Assembly: GCF_009914755.1 (NCBI RefSeq)
Contig: NC_060926.1
Source of the DNA: the human T2T-CHM13v2.0 reference genome, Homo sapiens
Reading direction: 5' to 3' (one strand)
DNA: 64,000 nt
Position 1 is the stretch's first letter. The number at the start of each line of letters is the position of its first letter. Below, one piece after another: positions 42,677 through 54,483 of the stretch. The position numbers were made by a program, and so were the translations under genes. The notes below the pieces were generated by a model. The model was not told the DNA's origin and searched no databases. It worked only from the letters and a program-made list of their open reading frames with translations.

Positions 42677-44164
42677 CTGGTAAAAAGAAAATCAGACAAA
42701 AAATAAATAAATAAATAAATAAAAAAATAAAACACGACAATGACAGAATCTCAGAATTAGGGAAAAAAAGTGGTAATTATATTTTTTAGTTTTCTTTGTT
42801 AACAATAGTGGTCAAAGATGAGAAAAGGAACTTCATAATTAAAGAACATTTATAGCCAACCTATTTAATGTATTTGTTTAAAACTGAAGCTGACTGTTTA
42901 AAAAGTTATGGGTGGGTATACTCCAGAACAAACCTGGAGGGATCAGTAGCTTTGCTTTTGCAAAAAGAAAGAGGCATACACAGTACAACTACGAATGGAT
43001 GTAACTCTGGCTATGGCCCAGGTGTGGGTAAAGTGAGACCTCCCCACACACTCGCACAGCATGGCTGAATTGCCATAATAAATCCCAGTTAACCCTGCAG
43101 CCAGGGCCAAGCCAGCTTGAGAAAAGGGTCAGGAAAACAGGAGTGAAAGTGTTAAAGAAGTGATACTATTTAAATGGGGTTGCAGAACTCCTATTAAAAA
43201 TGGCAGTACTATAAATGTTCTAGTATTGTCAGGAATGTTCTGTTGGATGACACTGTGCTGTGATTTGTACACACAGCAGACCAGAGTTGATGGGTGAATG
43301 AAATGATCCATAACCCTCTCTGACACATTTAGAGCAGTTCAGCTGCACACAGAGAACAGTCCATCATTTTCACCCTTCTGTGAAAGCTGGCTTTACCAAG
43401 TGTTTCAATGAAATATGTGCAACTTCCCATTTAAATTAGTACCACATGAACCATGAAGAGCACCACAGGTATCTGTTGTAGTACCAGCCTAATGTAAAAG
43501 TGGCCTGTCTTGTAATGCTCTAACAGGAAAGACATACAACCATTCATCTGTAACATATTAAAACCAGAAGAAATAAATTACTCCATAGATGAAGAATTAT
43601 TGCTTGTGAAGAAAATGTGCAAAGGTAGTCCTAAAAAGCAGCTTTTACTAAAAAATTATCGCAACAGCATTTGAATTCTTAATGCATATTAAACTGAGAA
43701 CTTGTAACCATAAATCATCATTTTTCAATGGAGGAAGTCTGGTTAAAACTTTTAGCAGAGATTTGTTTCACTTCTTCACCAGCTTTAGCCTTGGCATTGA
43801 TAGGAAACTGCCTCAGACAATCACTGCTCCTATGCCACGAGCAGTGAATCAGAGTGATTATAACAACGGCAAGCAACAAAAAGAGTAGACGTGTATTAGT
43901 TTTTCTTTAATGTTTATTTCATAACATGACATAATCTAAGTGAGGTTAACTACAATGTATCAACAAAGCCAGATCTCTCCCTGTTATGAAAAAGAGTGCT
44001 GCTTAAGTAACACTGTAACGAATGAATAGTCATCTTTGCTTAAATATGTGTGATTTAGGTGCAATGGCTTAGGACCATAAAAACCACCCCAGTGTACACA
44101 ATATTCATTTCAAAGGAACATGAATGGTTGCAATTCAGTCAAACTACTTTCCTAATAACTTTAA

Positions 44165-44560
44165 ATGCTCATGCAATAAACATAGTAACAAAAAACACGT
44201 ACCGGGTTATGGCAATGGACCAGGTACTTTGCTAAATATTGTACACACATGATCTTACGTAATTCTCACAATTGTGCTATAAAATGGATGATTTTACTAT
44301 TACCATTTTCCAGGTAAAGAAAACAGCTGCAAAGAAGTGAGGCAACAAGTCCCAAACCAGCCAGGAGAATCCTAAAATTAGAACTTGACAGACAGCCCTG
44401 TGGGTTCCAAAGTGCATTCATGAAAATGTTATTATTTGAGTCTCATAACAAACTCTAGAGGTAGATTGGGTGGTTACCATCATTTCATTTTATACATGGA
44501 GAAACCTAATTTCAGAGGGATGCAGTGGCCTGCCCTAGTTTAGAACAAGAAGATGACAGA
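44165..44560 (-). mobile_element. Two adjacent MIR fragments
   Basis: aattctcacaatt...taccattttccaggtaaagaaaac and tctcataacaaactctagaggtag...ttttatacatggagaaacc. Confidence 0.75.
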
Positions 44561-45968
44561 GTGAAAAAGTTAAGACCTGAGGTTGGAGCTTCACCACAAT
44601 GTGGCAGGGCCACTCCTGGGGTAAGCCTGAGGCATACACTCAACCCTGTGTACATTCTCACTCCATTCACCTATTCAGAGCAAATTCACCCCATTTCAAT
44701 TTAAAGTAGCAAAGGATGTATGCAGAAATATTTTTTAAAGGGATTTAATTATGTGGCTCAGTAGATTTCAACATAGTTTCTGCAAAAGAAAAAAATCTGT
44801 TGTATCTATAAATAATCTGTTTCTCTAGTTTAAAAAAAAAGTCAGGCTGTGAGTAATGTGAAACAACCATACATAAAGAAAAAGTAAGCTATAGCTTTCC
44901 CAGTAACAGGGAAAGTCATTTCTTACCAACTATTTTAGGGCATCCTGATATTTTCGCATTTGAGATGGGCCTTCCTATACCCCAGCACTTTTTGCAGTTT
45001 TGTGGGTCATAACAGATAACAGGTAGGTTGAGTGTTGGGTAATTGGAGAGTTCATCGAGTGGCCTTTGTAATGGCTATAAATTCAGGATAAAAAATTTTC
45101 CCAATAAGATTACCAACCAGAAAGGCACATAGTATAGTCATACAACAATGTTAAATGTTGTTTCTTTGTAGTAGATTCACATTGCTCAGGTTAAAACTGT
45201 GCTGCTAATATTAAAACTCATTGCCTATTTGCACAGTTGCTTTCTTCAAACACACCCCTGAGATAGCATTCATAGCTCTGTGGACACTTGCATATTAAGG
45301 GAATCTAATTATAAGCAGCAATTTATCAGAATTGTCACTTTTAAGCTGGATGTCACATTTTAAATAAAGTTCTGTCATGAGGTATCCAAAGAAGATTTCA
45401 AAAGTTGTAAAATTTATCTGAATGGCATCTAAATAATCAAAATAATGGAAAAGGCATCTGTAGCACTAATCATTTTCTAGAAGCTACAAAATTAAGAGTT
45501 CCATATATTGGAGTAAAAACTGAAGAAAGTTCTACTTTTCATATAAAACTTATTCAGTCCTCTCCAATGCCAAGTCTATCTAACACAAACATAATACAAT
45601 ATGTTACAACAAATAGTGTAGCTGGTAAAATTTTGCAACTATATTATTCCTCAATCTAATGAGGTGTATGAATGTAGGAGTCCCATGATCTATCTATAAA
45701 GTGAAGGTAATTTAGGAATGAAAAAATAAATTGTATTTTGCTATTCATGCTTGCTTATGATTTATTTTAAACCTAAAGCCAAAGAGAAGAACATTATCTG
45801 AAAAAAAAAAAATCAGGAAGAGGATAGTGGACCATCACACTATGTGGGAAAGTGCAGGAACACTCAGCTGCCTCCAAGAGTTTAATGAAGGGACTCTTTC
45901 CAAGAGTGAAGCTGGGAATAGGAGAAACCACCGGAGATGGAGAATTACTCTGCAACTAGGAATGGCAG

Positions 45969-47120
45969 TGCGATCATAAGGAATTTATGTCTGGCCTTTG
46001 TCCCTAGTTGTTGACACAGAGCTTCTAAAATTCTTGTAATTTCCTGAGAGCTAAGGATGATAGGAGCATCTTTTATTATTCAACATAAGACCCTTTTAAT
46101 CATTCTTGAGTTTATGTTAATGAGGTGACTGATGGTGGACCCCTAGGTAGTTTCAGGATGGGGACTGGTTGCCAAAGGAACAACCAAACATGTGATTAAA
46201 TACTTAGAACTTTCAGCCCCATCCCCTGACCTCCCAGGAGGGTGAAGAGCAAGATAACGATTGGTTGTGACAACATGATAAAACCTCCATCAAAATGCTT
46301 AACAACAATGTTGGGAGAGCTTCCAGGTGAACACATCAGGGTGCTGGGAGAGTGGTGCAGTTTGAAAGGGGGTAGAAGCGCTGCCCCCATCCATCCATAC
46401 CTTACCCTATGCATCTCTTCCATCTGGCTGATCTGGAGTTATAGGCTTTGTAATAAACAGGTAATAATAAGTAAAATGCCTTTCTGAGTTCTGTGAGCTG
46501 TTCCAGCAAATTACCAAAGCTGAGGGGCATGGTGTGGGAATTCCTGACTTTTTAGCCAGTTGGTCATAAGTACCAGAGGTCCAGGACTTGGAAGTGGCAA
46601 GTAGCAGGCAATCCTGTGGGACTGAGCCTTTTTTTTTAAATTTTATTTTATTATTATTATACTTTAAGTTTTAGGGTACATGTGCACAATGTGCAGGTTA
46701 GTTACATATGTATACATGTGTCATGCTGGTGTGCTGCACCCATTAACTCGTCATTTAGCATTAGGTATATCTCCTAATGCTATCCCTCCCCCCTCCCCCC
46801 CACCCCAAAACAGTCCCCAGAGTGTGATGTTCCCCTTCCTGTGTCCATGTGTTCTCATTGTTCAATTCCCACCTATGAGTGAGAATATGCGGTGTTTGGT
46901 TTTTTGTTCTTGCGATAATTTACTGAGAATGATGATTTCCAATTTCATCCATGGGACTGAGCCTTTAACCTGTGGGGTCAGCGCTAACTTCAGGTTGTCT
47001 GTGTCAGAATGGAATTTAACTGTAGGATGTCCAGTTGATGTCTGGAGAGTTGGAGAGTTGGTTGGTGTGAGGAGAAAATCCCACATTTGGTGTCAGAAGT
47101 ATTTTGAATAAAAAGAGCTC
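45969..47120 (+). mobile_element. MER21-family LTR, split by a young L1
   Basis: gacacagagcttctaaaa...tttatgttaatgaggtgact...ttctgagttctgtgagc...tgggactgagcctttaacctgtggg...ggtgtcagaagt. Confidence 0.85.
46632..46951 (-). mobile_element. Young 5'-truncated L1PA2/3 3' end (~320 bp)
   Basis: Near-consensus 3'UTR with the non-Ta 'GAG' diagnostic. Perfect 15-bp TSD TGGGACTGAGCCTTT at 46617-46631 and 46952-46966. Confidence 0.95.
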
Positions 47121-50100
47121 AGAGTCAGGATCCTCTATTATAGACATAAAACTTACTTAATATCCCAATTCAGGTTTGACATACACAGCAACCCTTCTTT
47201 TAAACAAATTATTTAATTAACCAGAACAGTATGGCATTTCCTGCCCATGCCAACTAATTACTTCTCCTCTATACATTACCTCATTACTCTGTTTGTATTA
47301 TTAGGATAGCAATGGCCAGCTTGATAGGCTGTTTTAAAAACACCCGTCTCCTCCGTTTCTAGACTGTGCATTTCTTGAAGAGGTGATCGTTTCATTTCCA
47401 GAGCTAGAACTAAATCATACATGGAGTTACACTGATTTGAATAGCAATCTGAGCTCACTTGTGTGAACACATGTGTGTGCGTTGGAAATGCACAAAGAAG
47501 AGTGGCATTATGCATTTAAGATCTGACTCCCAGCCTTCTATCTGGGGTGAAGAAGAGGAAGGCAATTACTAAAAGTATAATAAAAGTTGACAAAAGTAAA
47601 AACTTCAATTATGTATCTATATCTAAAAGCTGTAATATGACATTTCTACATTGATAGGTTCTGCCCTTTCTCTGTTTCTTCTGCTTGGGGTCTAGACACA
47701 CCCGCAGCATCCCATTTTCTTCCCAGCTCCAATTATCACCAGCCAGTTACTACAAAATAATTGTCAAATGGTCCTTAACCCTACGTTGGTTATTCATGTA
47801 TTTTAGTTCCCTCCTGTTCCCTTTTCAATTACACTCCCCACACCTCATTACCTTCCTAGATCTTCTCCCAGTGAGAGCCACTGAGAGCCTCGGGACTCTG
47901 CGGTTTTCATCCCCTAAGTGTCTCTGCTCCTCTCTTTCTCTGATTAAATTTCTTGGCAACTCTAACTGAAGACTTACACTCCAGCTAGTTTCTCTCTGAT
48001 TTTCTCTCTGGTTTCCCATGCCCTCTCCTATCCAGTACCTGCTGCTCTTATTTTCTCCCAAATCCCCTTTCCTGGAGTCCATTCTTCATATGTGATTTCA
48101 CCTACTGTGTCATAAAACTGTTTCCTACAATGCAGTGTTTTAAATTCTCATTCACTCATGTCTTCTCCTGTTTTCCCTTACTTCTCTACAGAGCATTTCA
48201 TTCTTAACTCTTTCATGTTAACTCCATCATTCTCCCTTATTAAAACACTCCTTTTGCAGTGGTTGACACACGCTTGCCTAGGAATTTATTTCTTGAAGAT
48301 CCTATCTTTCAGTTTGTCCAGTTTTAGTTATTTTATCCTGAACCTCTCTGGCTGTTTACTGGCAACTTTCTTTGTCTTGCTGATGTCTTTTATCTGTTTG
48401 ATTCGCCAAGTACCACTTCTTCAGTCTATACATATTTCATTGACATGCACAGTAGAAGTAGTAGATTAAAATGCCATTTTTATTGGGCATTAAATTGATC
48501 AAATCACTTTTGTCCCCAGGAATTTTTTAAAGAATGATGCATATTTTGTTGGTTTTTGGTGACAGGCAAACAGGTGCTATAGCTGATGTTGAATCTGTGT
48601 GAGAAAGTTTTAGCACTTTTTTATCTGTGAAAGTTGAGGTATAAAAAAGATGAGGATTTGAAGGAAAAAGGAATATCACAACTTAAGTATGGGAATTTTT
48701 TAATCCCAAGCCAATCACTCTGATGATTGCTTAATTTTTAATCATCATGTTTAATATAGACATACGTTTGTGTGTATGTATGCATGTATAAGATTTTTTA
48801 ATAAAATCAATTATTTTTGTATATTTTAAAGCTTCTGAGGCTTTTATTATCATAGTTTGCCTTGGCAGAGCAGTGTCAATGGTGCCGGGAGAGACTTTAC
48901 TCATCCTCTGCAAACTATCCATTTTTCTGCCAATATTTGATATCCCATCTTCTGTCTTGTTTATTTTGTTTGTGGTAAATTATCATTTTGGCAATGTGCC
49001 CTTGAAACAGGCTTCATTGATACAAAAATGTGTCTGATCTGGCCAGCAGGAAAAAGAAAAAAAGATGTATAATTCTTCATAACAATGATTCTGGGGGGAA
49101 TTCAGTAAAGGGCTTGGTTAAGATAATGAGATAGCCTTAATTCCAAAGGCAATGCATATTCAATAGTGTTTGCAGTTTCATCTCAAATTGTTTAAAAATT
49201 AATAATGAATAAGAAAAAGCACTGTGCTCACACTCATGGAATGATTTTTACTGAGAACCCAAATAACGCTCAGTTGAAATGGGATTCAACGTAAGCCCAT
49301 TTGGTCTGAAGAGGCTATAATTCTCATATAGGAATTCCCATCTCCAGTAATGGGCAGAATTATCTGAGGAATGCGCCTAATACAGTGACGTGTACTTGGT
49401 GGGCACTGTACACAATTTCATTAAGGAGGATCATTTAAAGTGGTCTTTTAAAACTGGGGGTGAAGGGAAATATCAAGGGTCTTATGTACCTGAACAAAAT
49501 GTTTCCAAATAGCAGAAGAAGCAGACTTTGTTTGCTTAGATAAAGAAGGCAAGTTGGTCGCAATTAGTCACATGTTTTTATAATTACCATGTAGAAATTA
49601 GTAAGATCAACTATGGCACACTACTTTAACCAATGAAATGTTTAGAAATACTGGATCAACTCAAATGTTTCCATCTAAATTCCTCCTCTGTTCAATATTG
49701 ATATTGCAAACAATGTAAAATTTCTTTGTTGTTTCTACTTTATTCTGTTGTATCTCTTTTTCAAAAAGAGAAAAAAGTAAACACACACTGTATGAGTTTT
49801 GGGCCTAACTTGCAGGCTAAAAACCATATATGCTGAATTCTGTTTCCAATTTTGATAATAATTTGCTGAAAAATAATCCAAGTAAAAGGAAAATAGATTG
49901 AGTTGAATATTGATGTCTATAATGCATTTATATCTCAACTTTAAAAATATCTATTTACAGCTAAACTCTACTATACCTATTTTTCTATGACTCTATACGT
50001 TTTATATATTTATATAAATTATATATGTTTCCATGCATAACTTGATACTAACCAAATTTTACAACTCAAACATAAAATTTTTCAAAGCTAAATATCAGTA

Positions 50101-52558
50101 TGCTTTTCTCTGATATTTGGATTTAAAATATTTTATAACAGTTGAGTTGTTATGACATTCAAACCATATCCTTGTGAAAGGAAAATTACAAAAAGTTAAA
50201 ATCCTAGGATAAATCAAGGAAGTAGGAGGGTGGTTGATCCCAAGAGCAGTGAATAGAAAGAGGAAACAACTCTAGTTTAAGAATTTAAGTAAGGTGATAG
50301 TGTAACACACACACACACTCAATATTCTCAAGGGCGTTCTAACGAAAATCCTATGGAACAGGCTACATATACTTTTTATTTTTCTTTCCAAATTATCTCT
50401 GGAATTTAATTTACTAGAAGTCATACAAATCCAGTGAGAAATAAGCATTTTTGCCCTGTGTTATATAATTCAAGAAGCTGCTAAAAATAAGTACATAAGA
50501 CAATACTTATGTAAGATGAAATTTGGAGACCACAATTGAAATGAAGTAGAGATACACTAGTCACAGATGCTTTTGCTTCTTTCTAGGAGTTCTTTAACAT
50601 GGTTTTAATCAGCATATTCTAATTCATTGATGAAAGAGAACACAAGAACAAAGCCAAGAAGAAAATTTTCTTGATCTCTGATTATTATCTAATATTAGTA
50701 AGCACTCCCCTGTATAAGGCACTATGTAAAAGGACACTCTGGAAATGCATTTTTTAATTCCTATTGCAGATAGTATGTAGAGACGTAACATTTGAGATTA
50801 TGAACATGCAATATAATCCAAATCAACATTTCAGATACATTTCATTTTTATAGAACAAGCAATGACCAAATATTTAATAAAAATATAATTGGTAAAAATT
50901 TGTCCTAATAATTTTAAAACTGACCATTTTCAAATTATTTAATTATTATTACTTTTAGAATAAGGAGCTTTTTGCTTTGGGCTTCCATATTTGAATGAGT
51001 GAAATTCATTTATTCATTTGAAAAGCAGGTAGTGTGCTTGGCACTGGGAATACTGCAGTGAGTAAAATAGACAAGATCCAGCTGTCATGGAACATGCAAT
51101 CTAAAAGGGAACATAATCAACAAACAACTACTTACATAATTAAAGACACTATATAAAAATTGTGATAAGGGCTATATAAGAAAAGCACAAGATGTGTTAA
51201 GAAGTATTAGTAGGGAAACGTGACTTCTTTGGGGGATTTTATAGGCCTTCCCTGAAGGTGTGACAATTAAGCTGAAAGCTGAATGGTTACTAAGAATTAG
51301 CAGGGAAAAGAATGAGAAGAAATGGTATCATTGGAAGCCATTATCAGAAGTTTCAAATATTTTTTCCTGTGGTTTGGAAAGTCTTTGAAGGGTTTAGCAT
51401 GAAAAGAGATATTTTCAGATTTTTTTTAAAGAATCATAATTACTGTGCTGTGCATATAATAAATTGAAGGGTTGAGAATTGCACTGTCAAATGTGGCAGT
51501 CTTATCTTGACATGAGGCTACTGAGTATATGAAATGAGACGAGTATGAATTGAGATGAGCTATATGTATAAGATATATACAATATTTTAAATACTTTGTA
51601 GAAAAGACATGTAAAATATATAAATGTTTACAATGGTTATGTGTTATAATAATGTGGACATATTGAGTTAAAATGCATTAATACAATTTATTTCACTTGT
51701 TTTCTTTATTTTTTAATGTTACTATTAGAAATTTAAAATTACATGTGTGGAGTTTTCAGCTCTAAACAAAATGACATACATGACATTTTTCCCACTTTAT
51801 TCCATTAAATACAGCTGTAAACCCTGAAAATAATGCAAAAAACAACCAAGTAGAGTTCTGAGGGAAGAAAAGAGTAGGGGAAAGAAATGAGGGACTCCAC
51901 AATTGGAAGAACAATGTAGTGGCAGGGTATTACAGAGACCCCAATCCTTTGAAGAAGGTGACCCAAGCCCAACCTTTTCTGAACTCCAACCTAGAAACAT
52001 TAAACCTAGAGCCCAGATAGGTTCATTTCTCTCCACAGTCGAATGGAAGATCACTGGACAAAAACAAGGAATCTAACCAGCTCTACCGAAGGGCATTGAC
52101 TGGGAGCCCTGTTGGCAATGAAGGAGCACAGGAAGAGTTTTCCTTTTCTGCTGGGCCTGAGATTTTCCTCCTCCACCAAGAGGAATTGGGTGGGCAGAAG
52201 ACAAAGGCAACCCAGGCCATGAAGCTTCTTCCTCCACTTAGAAGCACCAGGTGCCTCACCTGAGGAATCTCTGCCTTCTCAGGCAGCATCAGGAGGAACT
52301 GGTGAGAGCCTGAACAGCAGCAACTACACCTAATGACAAAAATAGCATCACAAGACTCTAAAAACTAAATTTTCATCATAACCATAACTTAGAAAAGCAG
52401 GCCAGTATTTGAAGGCAAAACTCAGCGGTATGACTACTTTCTAGAAGAGGAGACTTAAATTGTGCCCATAATCTCCTTAAATAATAGCCAAAATGTCCAG
52501 AATAAAACTGAAAATTACCCATCATATCAAGATCTAGGAAAACCACAGTATTTGGCTG

Positions 52559-52875
52559 AGAACTACCAGCCTCCTGTTAATTGCTGACCATGAAAATCTC
52601 TATTGTTTTCAAAGGTGCCCTTAGGTTTTAACTTCCCCCGCTATGTTTGAAATAAAGCTTCCTAGTTTGCCTCTCCTGATGTGAAGCTTCCATCCTATAA
52701 GCAAGCTGGGGTCAGGGCCATCAGGGGCCCAGTATTCTCATCCTTCCATGTGTGAGATTAATCCTCTGAACCTGTTAGTGGTGGCCAGGTGGAGGAAGGG
52801 AAACTTCACCTCCTGGCTGTACTCACCAGGAATTTAGCCTCTGCAACTTGGAGCAAGAAGGGTTGAGAAATGATG
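52559..52875 (-). repeat. Inverted copy of 54803-55109
   Basis: By-eye alignment of 52561-52792 to the reverse complement of ~54878-55108 gives about 24 differences in ~232 bp; homology continues to 52875. Confidence 0.92.
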
Positions 52876-52882
52876 CCAACAT

Positions 52883-52960
52883 TTGGTATCAGTTGGTTGT
52901 CCACCAACCTCCTCTGGTCAGCAATTAAGAGGAGGCTGGTAGACAACCAACTGATACCAA
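52883..52960. repeat. Hairpin with 33-bp arms and a 12-nt loop
   Basis: ttggtatcagttggttgtccaccaacctcctct / agaggaggctggtagacaaccaactgataccaa, 2 mismatches. Confidence 0.95.
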
Positions 52961-54034
52961 CACTGAGATGACTCAAATACTGTAAACATCTAACAAGGCT
53001 TTAAAGCAGCCATTATATAAACATTTCAATGATCAATTATAAAGCTTCTTGGAACTCCAGCAAAGAATAAAAAAGGTAGGTGTGGTATAAAAGAGCATTA
53101 TGTGGAATCCTTGCAGTAATGTAGCTATTCTGCATCTTGACTGTGGTGGTGGCTACATAAACCTACGTGTGATAACATCACATAGAACTAACTGACACAA
53201 AACACACAAACACATAAATGAGTACAAATAAAATGAGAAATCTGAATAAGATCGGTGGACTGTAGTGTAATGTAAATATTTTATTTGGGATAGGGTATTA
53301 TAGTTTTGCAGGATTTTACCACTAGAGAAAACCAAGTGCAGGGTACATGGAATTGCAAATCTAGTCATTTCAAAAAAAAATGTTTAGTACTATATATGTG
53401 AAACATATTTCCATTGGTCATTGCTGGTCTACAACAGCCAACAGACTGGTTAACTACTTAAGCAGTGGCCTGGGAGAGACATGATGATGGAATGAACCAG
53501 AGAAATGGCATTGAGGGAGAAAAGACAAATTGAAGCCTGACACAAGTCAATGCTAAAAGAGAACTCTCTGAACAGAGCTGCAACATTGTGCTGCATCAGG
53601 GTCTTAAAATGAAAGGGTCTTCAAATGAAAAAATTAAATGAGTATAGAAACTCCTATTTCTACTCCTATTTCCTGTCTGGCATATAATAGATGTTGAATG
53701 GTTCATTTCTGAATGAAATGAATTAAAAATGAAATAATCCAAATTTATAGAGACAGCTTAGGAATGTAATCATTTGGAAGAAACATTCAGATGTTATTAC
53801 AGAAAAGCTCTTCAAACGTAATTGTTTGGGAGAATTCTCAGCAATACATGCTGATTGTCGAGACAACACAGTGTGGAAACCAGAAACATCATGTCCCCGT
53901 TTGAGGGAATAATATTTGTGTGTATGTGTCTCTCTGTGTGTAATTTGTATTTAAATTAACAAAACTGCAAGAGTTTATTATTTATGCAATATCTTTTTGT
54001 ACAAAGTTACTAATAGAACAATGCCACATTTTTA

Positions 54035-54483
<449 letters not shown>

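Larger units (their letters stand above)
51751..53388 (+). mobile_element. Internally deleted old L1MC/MD: 5'UTR and ORF1 start joined to a 3' end
   Basis: 5'UTR-like sequence to ~52560; ORF1-start motif gacaaccaactgataccaacactgagatg; 3' end (tctgcatcttgactgtggtggtgg...ttttgcagga...gggtacatggaa) from ~53070. Confidence 0.65.
51478..53428. mobile_element. MER33-like hAT DNA transposon (51478-51750 and ~53390-53428), split by an L1
   Basis: gcactgtcaaat...gctactgag...aattgagatg...atttaaaattacatgtgtgg, with terminal catatttccattggtcattgctg. Confidence 0.7.
51000..53545 (-). mobile_element. L2 element (51000-51475 and 53430-53545) split by MER33 and L1
   Basis: ttcatttattcatt...ggcactgggaatactgcagtgagtaaaatagac...ctgtcatggaac; resumes at agactggttaactact...gagagacatgatgatgg. 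Confidence 0.7.

Noticed and set aside
48832-48974. Possible plus-strand exon (ttttaaag|...gtg|gtaaat) and the overlapping 63-aa minus ORF
   Set aside because: The splice signals are weak, the peptides are unrecognised and there is no supporting neighbouring exon.
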